This document shows positions 49,967 to 58,757 of a stretch of 64,000 nucleotides of DNA, piece by piece (positions within the stretch are counted from its first letter, which is position 1; the number at the start of each line of letters is the position of its first letter). Source of the DNA: Alphaproteobacteria bacterium (GTDB lineage: Bacteria > Pseudomonadota > Alphaproteobacteria > Bin95); NCBI GenBank assembly GCA_965205265.1, contig CBDBGH010000003.1:3680001-3744000 (forward strand). Direction: 5' to 3'. The notes under the pieces were generated by a model. It was not told the DNA's origin. It saw only the letters and a list, made by a program, of their open reading frames with translations, and ran no database searches. Position numbers and translations under genes: made by a program.

Positions 49967-50860
49967 TCATCTGATTGGGCGGTCATCGGTTTCGAGCGGC
50001 TCGCCGTCGCGGTCACGGATGAGCATGTCGTTCCAGTCCTGGTTTTCGAGGGCCGGTCGCATTCGGACGATTCTTGTGTCGTTGTCTTGCATGCGGCGGG
50101 CGGCGTGATCGCCGTATCGTGTAGCGTCCCAGGCACAGAAGATACGGCGCGGGTTCCAGGCCTCGACCCATTTGGGGATTCTGGCCGTGATGGCGCCGGT
50201 GGAGACGACGGCGCATTTGCTGCGTTTTTCCGGGACGAGGTGGAGGGAGAGGATCGACAGGGCGTCGAGGGCGCTGCCGGTGAGGATGACGGTGCCGGGC
50301 CAGTCGGGCTCCCATGACATCCAGAAGCCGCCGTCTGCGGCCGGCTCCTGCGCTGCGGGGAGGGTCTCTATGCCGACCACCTTGCTGGCGGCGTTTCGGC
50401 GGAGGAACACGGGATTGCCGCGCCGGTCGGCACGGATCAGGCCGAGGCCTCGGCATAGCTCGACGAGCGCGTCGGCGAGGCCGCGCTGCTCGATGAGGTA
50501 TTGCCGCAGCGCCGGCCAGCGAGGGTCCTGGCACGAGGGCTCCGCCTCACAGCGACTGTTCGGGAGCCGTGAGTGGCGCGGCAGTTGGGCGAGGAAGTCG
50601 AGGGCTTCGGTCGTTGGGCATCCGAGCGCATGAACCGCCAGCTGGATGGCCCCGGCGCCTCCCTCTCCGCGCAGATGGTCGTAGAACATGAAGCGGTTGA
50701 TGGAGAGGACCGAACCGGCTCGTCTCCAGCGCGCGGCATCGGCGGGATCGCGGCGATAGCCGAGGGCGTGGACCACGTCTTCGAGGGGGCAGCTTCGCAG
50801 CCCCTCGGCCCGCAGGCGGCGATCCCATGGATGCAGATGCTGCACGGCTGGCTCAGGCAT
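49967..50860 (-). CDS. DUF3991/TOPRIM primase-like protein with divergent catalytic motifs
   Basis: [15 protein letters not shown]...[45 protein letters not shown] and DWNDML; ATG overlaps the istB stop. Confidence 0.8.
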   Translation of the reverse strand: MPEPAVQHLHPWDRRLRAEGLRSCPLEDVVHALGYRRDPADAARWRRAGSVLSINRFMFYDHLRGEGGAGAIQLAVHALGCPTTEALDFLAQLPRHSRLPNSRCEAEPSCQDPRWPALRQYLIEQRGLADALVELCRGLGLIRADRRGNPVFLRRNAASKVVGIETLPAAQEPAADGGFWMSWEPDWPGTVILTGSALDALSILSLHLVPEKRSKCAVVSTGAITARIPKWVEAWNPRRIFCAWDATRYGDHAARRMQDNDTRIVRMRPALENQDWNDMLIRDRDGEPLETDDRPIR

Positions 50861-51638
50861 CCCCCGTGTCTTGCGCCGTGCTCTTGCCCGCTCCTTTTGC
50901 CGATCGCCGCCGGCGGCGATCGGCGCTGCGCTGCTTCTGGCGTTCCTCGGCCTCCTTGCGGCGGTATGAGTCGCCGTCGATGGCGAGGATCTCGGCATTG
51001 TGGACGAGCCGGTCGACAAGGGCCACGAGGCAGGCGGCGTTGGGGAAGGCCTCGCTCCACTCGGCGAAGGGGCGGTTTGTGGTGATGATGGTGGAGCGCT
51101 GCTGGCTGCGGCTTGAGACGATATTGAACAGCAGGTCGGCATGACGGTTGGAGTAGGAGAGATATCCGACTTCGTCGATGACCAGGAGGTGCTGGCGGGC
51201 GTAGAAGCGCAGCCTGCGCTGGAGCATTGTGTCGGAGTCGATGGCGGCGAGCTCGCCGAGCAGGCTGGCGGCGGTTGCGAAGCGCACGGTGTGGCCTTCG
51301 AGGACGGCGCGGTGTGCGATATTGGCGGCGATTGTGGACTTGCCGACGCCGTTGGGGCCGATGAGGACGACATTGGCGCCCTCGCGGAGGAAGTTGAGGG
51401 TCATGAGGTCCTCGACGGCCATGCGGTCGCATCGCCTTGGCCAGTCCCAGTCGAAGTCGGCGAGCGGCTTGAACTGTCCGAGGCGGGCGGCGGTGAGGCG
51501 TCGCCTGAGGCTTCGGCTTCGCCTCTCTTCCTCTTCCCATGCGATCAGGGGCGGGAGCCAGTCGCGCTCCGCAACCTCGCTCCAGTGGGCGAGGAGGCCG
51601 TGCAGTCCGAGCGCCGTGGCGCGGTCCTTGAGGGTCAT
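50853..51638 (-). CDS. istB: IS21 helper ATPase IstB
   Basis: [26 protein letters not shown] and DRLVH. Confidence 0.96.
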   Translation of the reverse strand: MTLKDRATALGLHGLLAHWSEVAERDWLPPLIAWEEEERRSRSLRRRLTAARLGQFKPLADFDWDWPRRCDRMAVEDLMTLNFLREGANVVLIGPNGVGKSTIAANIAHRAVLEGHTVRFATAASLLGELAAIDSDTMLQRRLRFYARQHLLVIDEVGYLSYSNRHADLLFNIVSSRSQQRSTIITTNRPFAEWSEAFPNAACLVALVDRLVHNAEILAIDGDSYRRKEAEERQKQRSADRRRRRSAKGAGKSTAQDTGDA

Positions 51639-53140
51639 TCTTCGCTGTCCTCCTCGTGGTGGCTTGCGAGCCCGTCGTATCCGCCGAGGTCGTGATCGCG
51701 GACCGCGATATCGCGCAGTCTTGGATCGCCGGGCAGGTCGATGGGGATGGGTGGTGGCTCGTTGCGCTGTTCGCGCCGCCGGTTCAGGCTGAAGCGCACC
51801 GCATTGGGATGGGGGACGCCGCGCTCAAGGGCTTCATCGATGGCGGCTTCGAGTTCGACGGCTCCGTAGTCGTCGAGCAGGCGCAGCAGGGAGGCGACGG
51901 TTGTGCCGATATTGCCGCCGCGCCTGGCGGTCTCGGCAAGCAGGCGCTCGCTGTCGGGGGCGGCCTGGAGAAGGCGGCTCTGCCCGCGCAGGCGGTGGGC
52001 GTGACGTTTGAGCCTGACCAGCTCCTCGATGTGCTCGGGGGTCTCGATGCGGGCCGCCTTGTCGAAGCTGCGCGGATGACGGGCGACGGTGTCGGCGCCG
52101 TCGAGGATGCGTACCTCCTCCAGTGTCGCGACCACGGTGAGGGTGCGCCGCGTATGGGTATGCGGGACGCTATAGTCATTGAGGTCGAACCTGGCGTAGG
52201 GGGTCTTGCCGATCCTGACCTCGACCCTCTCGTCGACGGGGGGCCGGTCGTCGGGCAGCGCCATCAGGGAGCCGCGCTCGCGCTCGAAGGCCTCGCGCAC
52301 GGTGAGGGAGCGGTCGTCCGGCCAGCGACGGTCGGCGGCGACGCCGTCGCACCAGGCGCGGGCCCGGGCGTTCAGGTCGTCGAGGTCGCGCCAGGCGCGG
52401 GCGGCGAAGAAGTTGTCGCGCACATAGCGTATGGCGCGCTCCACGCGCCCCTTCTCGTTGCCGCGCGCGACCGCGACCGGCTTGGGCAGGAAGCGGTAGC
52501 GGGCGGCGAAGTCGAGGAGCCGGGGGTTGAACCGGATGGCGTCGCCCTGGCGCTCCAGCACGACGCTCTTCAGGTTGTCGTACCATAGCTCGCGGGGCAC
52601 GCCCTGCCAGGCCTCGAAGGCCTCGACATGGCCGCGCAGGAAGTTGTCCATCGCGGCATTGAGGTAGAAGTGCAGGAAGATGCGGCGCGAGTAGCTCAGC
52701 ACCATCACGAAGCCCATCAGCGGGCGCTCCGCGCGCCCGATCCTCACCTTGCCGAAGTGGGCCCAGTCCACCTGGGCCAGCTCGCCGGGCAGGGTCTTGA
52801 GGCGCAGATAGGCCTCGGCCACAGGCCGCGGGCGCTCCGGCGCGATCATGCGCCGGAAGTGGCTCTGGCTGCCCCGGTAGCCGCGCTCGACCGCCATCTG
52901 GTAGAGCCGGCTGGCTGGCAGCCTGGGCCAGACCGCCAGGGTCTGGCGGATGAAGGGCCGGAACGGATCGATCATCGAAGCCCTGCGCCGCCTCTCACGC
53001 GCGGGCGCCCCGGCGGCCGCTACCGCGCGCTCGACCGTGCCGTGGTGGACGCCGAGCTGGCGCGCGATCGTGCCGATCCTCCACTTCTCGGCAAAATACA
53101 GCCGCTGGATCTCGGCACGGGTCTGCTTGTCGATCGCCAT
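51635..53140 (-). CDS. istA: IS21 transposase IstA
   Basis: PGELAQVDW, YDNLKSVV, EKGRVERAIRYVR and NDYSVP. Confidence 0.96.
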   Translation of the reverse strand: MAIDKQTRAEIQRLYFAEKWRIGTIARQLGVHHGTVERAVAAAGAPARERRRRASMIDPFRPFIRQTLAVWPRLPASRLYQMAVERGYRGSQSHFRRMIAPERPRPVAEAYLRLKTLPGELAQVDWAHFGKVRIGRAERPLMGFVMVLSYSRRIFLHFYLNAAMDNFLRGHVEAFEAWQGVPRELWYDNLKSVVLERQGDAIRFNPRLLDFAARYRFLPKPVAVARGNEKGRVERAIRYVRDNFFAARAWRDLDDLNARARAWCDGVAADRRWPDDRSLTVREAFERERGSLMALPDDRPPVDERVEVRIGKTPYARFDLNDYSVPHTHTRRTLTVVATLEEVRILDGADTVARHPRSFDKAARIETPEHIEELVRLKRHAHRLRGQSRLLQAAPDSERLLAETARRGGNIGTTVASLLRLLDDYGAVELEAAIDEALERGVPHPNAVRFSLNRRREQRNEPPPIPIDLPGDPRLRDIAVRDHDLGGYDGLASHHEEDSEE

Positions 53141-53141
53141 C

Positions 53142-53576
53142 TCACTCCCTTCGCGCCTGGCGCAGGCCCGGATAGACCGCCAGGCCGCAGAACCGACCGC
53201 AGCGCTCGCAGCGGAACACCCGGGCGGGACGGTCGGGCCCGAAGGGCCGGGTTCCGGACCGCCCCGCCGGTATGCGCGCCACATCAGGACGCCGGCGCGC
53301 GACGGTCAAAGGGTGATGCGTCACTTTCTGCGCGATGGCCCGAACTGCCGGCTGCCGCACACGGCGCCGTTCGCGGTAGCGCCGCTGGCGCTCGGCATGC
53401 TTGTGACGGCCCCGGCGGCTGTTCTGGTAGCGCTGCCCCGCAAGGCGCACCGACCGACGCCGCGCCCGCCCGCTGCAACGCGGCGAACAGTAGATATGGC
53501 CAGAGTCGCAGCGCCGGCAGAGAACCACCTGGCGGCGGCACAGGGCGCAGGTGAACAGGCGGGCGGCGTTCCTCAT
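53142..53576 (-). CDS. Cys/Arg-rich putative Zn-finger protein upstream of istA
   Basis: CALC, CRRCD, YCSPRC and CERCGRFC; stop is 1 bp before the istA ATG. Confidence 0.75.
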   Translation of the reverse strand: MRNAARLFTCALCRRQVVLCRRCDSGHIYCSPRCSGRARRRSVRLAGQRYQNSRRGRHKHAERQRRYRERRRVRQPAVRAIAQKVTHHPLTVARRRPDVARIPAGRSGTRPFGPDRPARVFRCERCGRFCGLAVYPGLRQARRE

Positions 53577-53805
53577 CGCGACCGATGAGAACGGGGTGGA
53601 CCCACGCCCGGACGCGCACGATACTGCGCTTCCGGGCCGCGCCTTGCATGGCTCGGGGGGTGCGGCGCCGGTCGTTGCCACCAAGCCAACGGGGCCGGCG
53701 CCGCATCGTTCTCAGAAGCCCCAGTCTACCCCCTGCCGCAGCCCGGGAACGGCCAACCCGGTCGCCAGGACGTCGCCGCCCTCCGGGAGGCGAAAATCTC
53801 AACGC

Positions 53806-53862
53806 GACGGGGGCCGAGGACTCCGGTCGGGCTACGCCCTCCTTCCGTCCTCGGCCCCCGTC
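53806..53862. repeat. Perfect 15-bp stem hairpin in the IS21 leader
   Basis: GACGGGGGCCGAGGA / TCCTCGGCCCCCGTC enclosing GGGCTACGCCC. Confidence 0.85.
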
Positions 53863-53964
53863 ATAAACCCGGCCGCGCCTGTCTCACGCTGTTTGTCGTG
53901 CGCACCACAAAAGCGCGCTACGCCAGCAAATATGCGCCCTTTATGATAATCACCGACATCCTGG

Positions 53965-54347
53965 AGCGTGCCGGCATATGGATGAGGAGCGCAAGCCGCT
54001 GGGACGAGCCGAAATTCGTGGAGGACTTCCTGCCGGGTTTCACCGCCGCAAACAACTACACGGTCGCGCCGCTGTTCGGGGTCGACATATGCCGGTTCGC
54101 CTTCGCTCCCCATCCGGAACCGATCGAGGAGGGTTGCTACGCCATTCGCATTTTCCTGCAGGACCGGGACGGCAGCCAATGGTCGGTCGGCACCGAACTG
54201 GTGACGCAGGACCTGGAGACCGGACAGTTCCTGGCGCAAACGCTGAACGACCGGCTCGGCCTCGATGCGGGGGCCTGCGAAATGTTCGCGGAGCAGGTAA
54301 TGGCGGCCAATCCGACCGGACGTCACCCGCGCAGCCGCCCGCTATAG
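53965..54347 (+). pseudogene. 3' half of the gene split by the IS21-family element
   Basis: ERAGIWMRSASRWDEPKF... continues the frame of 48533-48818. Confidence 0.8.
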
Positions 54348-54403
54348 TCCGGGCGGTTCAGGCAGCCGGGGAAACGCCTGCCAGCGCGGTCGACCGAATC
54401 TCC

Positions 54404-55291
54404 CTAGGCAGTCGTCGCCTTGCGGCGAATGCGGACCAGACCCGACTTGCGCCGGAGCGTCTCGAAACCGTCGCAGCGTTCCACCAGTGCGCCGAGTGTC
54501 TGGAAGCCGTAGTGGTACGGATCGAAATCCGGCTTTGCCGCCCGCAGGCGCTGGCCGACAAGGCTCAGCCGCACCCAGCGGTTACCGGACCCCTCCAGGG
54601 TCCCCGCGATCAGGTCCAGGGCCTCGTCCCGAGGCCTGCTGTTCCAGGTCCTCCAATCGCGTTTTGGCTCCGGCTCCGGGTAGTCCCTGTCGACAATCCT
54701 GGTGACGACGCGCCGCGCCCAGCGCGGCAGCAGGGGCAGCCCCCTCGCGAGGTCCGCCTTCACATGGTCCGGAAGCAGTCGTCTCAGGGGGACAATGGTC
54801 CGCGGATCATCTGCTGCACGGGCCCCGAGCCAATACAGCGCCTGGATGACGGGCGCGCCCGGCCGTCCGTGCCAGGCCATGATGCGTCCGCGCTCATGCC
54901 GGAGATGAACGGTAAATCGTCCGACCCGGATCTTACGGCTGTGCCCGTCCGTGGCGTAGAACACCTTGGTCGGGACCTGGTTGGTCAGACCCAGCCTGTT
55001 GGCGGCCACGCCGCCATCCGGCATGATGCGGATATTGTCGCGGCGCGCGACCGCCGCGACCGCGGCCTTGTAGTCCGGCGAGGCATCGCGCTTCAGGAAT
55101 TTGCTGTATCGCGGCAGGTCGTATAGCCCATACCCGACCCGGCGCAGCGGTCCGGTCCGGGCGAGGCGCGACAGCGCCTGTTCCACGGCCGCCCGACTCC
55201 CGAGGTCGAGGAAGTCCTTCGGCGTGCAGACCCAGCGGCCCCTGCCGTGGCCGCGCATGCGGCGCATGATCCTGTTTGCCACAGAGGGCAT
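54404..55291 (-). CDS. DUF6088 (AbiEi-like) protein fused to a C-terminal OST-HTH/LOTUS domain
   Basis: TPKDFLDLGSRAAVEQALSRL...RVGYGLY and AANRLGLTNQVP; C-terminal WVRLSLVGQRL...PDFDPYHYGFQTLGALV. Confidence 0.8.
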   Translation of the reverse strand: MPSVANRIMRRMRGHGRGRWVCTPKDFLDLGSRAAVEQALSRLARTGPLRRVGYGLYDLPRYSKFLKRDASPDYKAAVAAVARRDNIRIMPDGGVAANRLGLTNQVPTKVFYATDGHSRKIRVGRFTVHLRHERGRIMAWHGRPGAPVIQALYWLGARAADDPRTIVPLRRLLPDHVKADLARGLPLLPRWARRVVTRIVDRDYPEPEPKRDWRTWNSRPRDEALDLIAGTLEGSGNRWVRLSLVGQRLRAAKPDFDPYHYGFQTLGALVERCDGFETLRRKSGLVRIRRKATTA

Positions 55292-55343
55292 CGGGGTCGC
55301 CTCTCGTCAAATGGAAGGCCGGAAACAAGGGAAAGTTCCGGAA

Positions 55344-55898
55344 TTACCAGAGTTCACGCCGGAAAGGCGCAGTCTCGCCGGCCTGCAGGCGTGTGCGCAT
55401 CTCCTCGATGAGCGGCGTCTCGTGCCGGACCCTGTCGACCAGGGCCAGACCGGTGAGCAGCGCCTGGCGGACAATGCGCCGGTCCGGCGCCGGCCATTCC
55501 TCGCCCATGATGCGGAACTCGGCGCTGAACGCTGTCAGCGCGCCCGTCTCGACCAGGTTCCGGGCGCGACGAGCCTCGGGCGTATCGCGCAGGGTCAGGA
55601 CCACGCGCATGGCATCGTCGGCGTCCCGCGCACGCAGGCCCTTGCCGAACCCGCCGAAAGGCCGGCGCCAGTTATGCCGGACGTTCACCCGGATATTGTT
55701 GAGCAACAGGCAATGCGGTTCCCAGACTTCTGTGAATACTCCGCCTATGGGGATCGGTACGCCGTAGGGGATCAGCATGCCCTCGATCACCCCGGGAGCG
55801 GTCACGTCGAACGCAAAGGCGCGCCGCTCTGCCTGCTCCGGACTCCGCCTGCCCTCGCGGACCGGCGGGGGATCCGCGGGCTCGGGCCATGTCGTGAT
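55344..55898 (-). CDS. HK97-family phage prohead protease homolog (start uncertain; may be degraded)
   Basis: IEGMLIPYG, FTEVWEP, NVRH, GALTAFSAEF and LTGLALVD. Confidence 0.68.
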   Translation of the reverse strand: MTTWPEPADPPPVREGRRSPEQAERRAFAFDVTAPGVIEGMLIPYGVPIPIGGVFTEVWEPHCLLLNNIRVNVRHNWRRPFGGFGKGLRARDADDAMRVVLTLRDTPEARRARNLVETGALTAFSAEFRIMGEEWPAPDRRIVRQALLTGLALVDRVRHETPLIEEMRTRLQAGETAPFRRELW

Positions 55899-56369
55899 GG
55901 TCCTCCGCCCGGGTGCGGGCTCCCGGCGAGCGCCCCGTGCAGCATGTCGGAGGTCGCGCCCTGCATCGGGGCGGTCGATCGGCGGAACGGTATGGAGGAT
56001 GGGATCCCGGCCGCTGGACAGGGCCGAGTCGCCGGATTGCATGAAGCCTGCCCCGGACACCGATCCGGGGGAGTGGGAAAGGATTGCTGGCACAACAGGT
56101 TCCCGGCTGTCTTACCAGTCTCCATTCCGTTGGGGTTTGTCACACCTCGTCCGGAGCCGTTCTGTGACGCCGGGGGCGTCAGGAGGAGAGGGGGCGGACG
56201 GTCTCCCGGGCGCGCACGCCTTCCGGACCGTCATCGGCTGACCTTGGTTTCCAGCGCGATATCTATGCCAAACCGATTGCAGGAACAATCGGTAATTCCG
56301 CCCGGGCAGCCGAATTTCTCCGTAGCTGTCCCCATAGCCCCGGATCGGGGGTGTTTTTTACGAAACGCA

Positions 56370-56397
56370 TTGACAAAGTATCGAAAAACGATACTTT
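56370..56397 (+). promoter_or_regulatory. abiE promoter with operator
   Basis: TTGACA-N16-TACTTT overlapped by the perfect inverted repeat AAAGTATCG-N5-CGATACTTT. Confidence 0.75.
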
Positions 56398-56406
56398 ATG
56401 CGCTTC

Positions 56407-57207
56407 ATGATGCCCATCCCTTCGCTCCACGCGCGCGACGTCATTGCGGACCTGGCCGCGCGCGGCCGGTATTGCTTCACCTCGTCCGAACTCCGTTCTG
56501 CGCTCGGATGCACACCGGCGGCCGCGCGTCAGGCGCTGGCCCGCCTTGCGGCGAAGGGAGAGGTCGCAAGCCCCGCACGCGGGTTTTACGTCATCGTGCC
56601 GCCCGAGTACAGGCGGCTCGGCTGCCTGCCGGCCGACCAGTTCATTCCGGCGCTGATGGAGCACCGGGATCTGCCGTATTACGCGGCGCTGCTCTCGGCG
56701 GCGCAGTATCATGGCGCCGCCCATCATCGTCCCCAGGAGTTCCAGGTCGCGGTCGGAAGAAGCCGTCCCGCGATCCTGTGCGGTTCGGTCCGCGTGAGCT
56801 ATGTCGCGCGCCGGAAACTGGCCGCCGTGCCGGTGGAGAGTTTCAACACTCCGCGCGGGACGATCATGGTGTCGACCGTGGAGGCGACGGCGGTCGATCT
56901 CGTCGGATACATGCGGCGCGCCGGCGGGCCGGACCGGGTGGCCGGCCTGCTTTCCGAACTCGGGCCGGCCCTGGACCCGCAGCGCCTGGCCCTGGCGGCG
57001 GAGACCGCCCCCGCGCCCTGGGCGCAGCGTCTGGGCTACCTGCTGGAGTTCGTCGGCGCCGGGGACAGGACGGGGCCTCTCGAGCGCCATGTGGCGCGCC
57101 GAGCCCCGAACGCCGCGAAGCTCCTGCCCGGCGTGCCGGCCGGGACGGCACCGCGTTCGAAACGCTGGCGGCTGGCAGTGAACGCGGACATCGAACCCGA
57201 CGCATGA
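56407..57207 (+). CDS. abiEi: Type IV TA antitoxin AbiEi
   Basis: GRYCFT, PARGFYVIVPPEY, YYAALLSAAQYHGAAHHRPQEFQV and QRLGYLLE. The ATG at 56398 abuts the -10 box, so 56407 is preferred. Confidence 0.88.
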   Translation: MMPIPSLHARDVIADLAARGRYCFTSSELRSALGCTPAAARQALARLAAKGEVASPARGFYVIVPPEYRRLGCLPADQFIPALMEHRDLPYYAALLSAAQYHGAAHHRPQEFQVAVGRSRPAILCGSVRVSYVARRKLAAVPVESFNTPRGTIMVSTVEATAVDLVGYMRRAGGPDRVAGLLSELGPALDPQRLALAAETAPAPWAQRLGYLLEFVGAGDRTGPLERHVARRAPNAAKLLPGVPAGTAPRSKRWRLAVNADIEPDA

Positions 57208-57998
57208 TCCCGCGCGACTACATCACCGAGTGGCGCATCCGGGCCCCGTGGGCGGAAGATGCCCAGGTGGAGCAGGACCTGGTCATCTGCCGGGCCCTTG
57301 TCGATATCTTCGCCGACCCCGTTCTCGCCGGAACGCTTGCGTTCCGCGGCGGCACGGCGCTGTACAAGCTCTATCTGACGCCGCCTGTGCGCTATTCCGA
57401 GGATATCGACCTGGTCCAGGTCGAACCCGGACCGGCCGGGCCGTCGATGGACAGGCTGCGAAACGCGCTCGACCCCTGGCTCGGTGAAGCGCGGTGGAAA
57501 CAGACGCAAGGCCGGGTGACGCTCAACTACAGGTTCGCGTCCGAGGGACCGACGGCAACGCCGTTGCGTCTCAAGATCGAGATCAATACCCGCGAGCATG
57601 GCGCCGTTCTCGGTTTCCGGAAGCGCCCGTTCCCGGTCGACTCGCGATGGTATTCCGGCGCGGTCGATATTCCCACCTTTGAACTCGACGAACTGCTGGC
57701 GACGAAAATGAGGGCGCTCTACCAGCGTCGCAAGGGCCGGGACCTGTTCGATCTGGCCATGGGACTGGCGGACCGGAGAAGCGATGCGGAACGCGTCGTG
57801 AGCACGTTCCGCGAATACATGGACCGGGAGGGCCATACAGTCACCCGCGCCCTGTACGAGCGCAACCTTGCAGGAAAGATCGGAAACGCTGAATTCGAGG
57901 CCGATATGAGCGCATTGCTCAGGCCCGGATCCGAATGGCGGCCTGCCGACGCGGCGCGGGTTGTCCGGGAGCAGCTGGTCTCGCGGCTTCCGGGCTAA
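57204..57998 (+). CDS. abiEii: AbiEii nucleotidyltransferase toxin
   Basis: QVEQDL, FRGGTALYK, RYSEDIDL, KIEIN and KMRALYQRRKGRDLFDL; ATGA overlap. Confidence 0.92.
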   Translation: MIPRDYITEWRIRAPWAEDAQVEQDLVICRALVDIFADPVLAGTLAFRGGTALYKLYLTPPVRYSEDIDLVQVEPGPAGPSMDRLRNALDPWLGEARWKQTQGRVTLNYRFASEGPTATPLRLKIEINTREHGAVLGFRKRPFPVDSRWYSGAVDIPTFELDELLATKMRALYQRRKGRDLFDLAMGLADRRSDAERVVSTFREYMDREGHTVTRALYERNLAGKIGNAEFEADMSALLRPGSEWRPADAARVVREQLVSRLPG

Positions 57999-58388
57999 TC
58001 GTGGAGGCTCCTCGAAGAGCCTTCGCCGACACATGAGGAATGGCAGCCGCCTGCACCTTCGCCATTCGACAAGACCGGAATCCCGGAGGACTGAGGGGAG
58101 GCATATGCGCTACGGGCACCGGCAGCATCCGCGCAACGGTTCGCCAGTCTTGAGGCGTACGCCACAAATGCGTAAGCCGCCCGCGACCATGACAAAGGAA
58201 CGCAGGAACAGGTTCCGGCGCACCGGGATGCCGTTCTTGCTACTCGCGGCCTTCAACGACTTTTTGCCCGCCGGATTTCAGGGGCGATGAGCCCTGAGGG
58301 GCAACGCATGTCCGCGCCTCCGGGACCCCTGCCGGCGGCAGGCGGGTTTTCAGGTACAGCCACTAGCCGGCCTCCGCTTCGTGCCGCG

Positions 58389-58560
58389 GGCGTCCGGTTT
58401 CGTTGCGATCCACGCTACCCTGCATTCATCGACCATCTGGTCGCCGGCGGCGGGGCCGAATCAATGCTGGCCGACGACTCGTTCCGCGAGTGGCCGCGCC
58501 GGGGACCCCATCCCGATCACTGCGCAATATCGGCGGTGTTCGGGATGGGGCGTTAGGCGC
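58389..58560 (+). repeat. Diverged 172-bp copy of the 3' end of the EEP gene (61517-61688)
   Basis: Hand alignment gives about 25 mismatches in 172 bp, no gaps, same stop context TAGGCGC. Confidence 0.9.
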
Positions 58561-58757
58561 TCCCTGCCGGTTCCCCGGCATCGATCCCGGAAATAGCACC
58601 GGGAAGGGCGCAGGCTGTCAAGGCGAGCCTCGCGGTGCTATTTCCGGCGCGCTCATAGGCCGGGTCTGCGGAGCGGGACTCCGTGGAATTGGTGAGCGCA
58701 GACTGGATGAGCGAGGGAGAGGCCGGATGACCGGGCCATCCCGATGAATGGTCAACG

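Larger units (their letters stand above)
48819..53958 (-). mobile_element. IS21-family element with accessory genes (Zn-finger, istA, istB, TOPRIM-like) and a nested IS630
   Basis: TG...CA ends; imperfect ~38-bp inverted repeats sharing AAGGGCG-NN-TATTTGCTGGCG; TCCTGG direct repeat at 48813-48818 and 53959-53964. Confidence 0.92.

Noticed and set aside
49967-51373. 468-aa ORF implying an IstB-TOPRIM frameshift fusion
   Set aside because: The upstream part is low-complexity alternate frame, no convincing slippery site was seen, and a coupled ATG exists at 50860.
55101-57998. 965-aa ORF as a giant AbiEii fusion
   Set aside because: Only the part from ATG 57204 is protein-like; the rest is a stop-free shadow frame over other genes.
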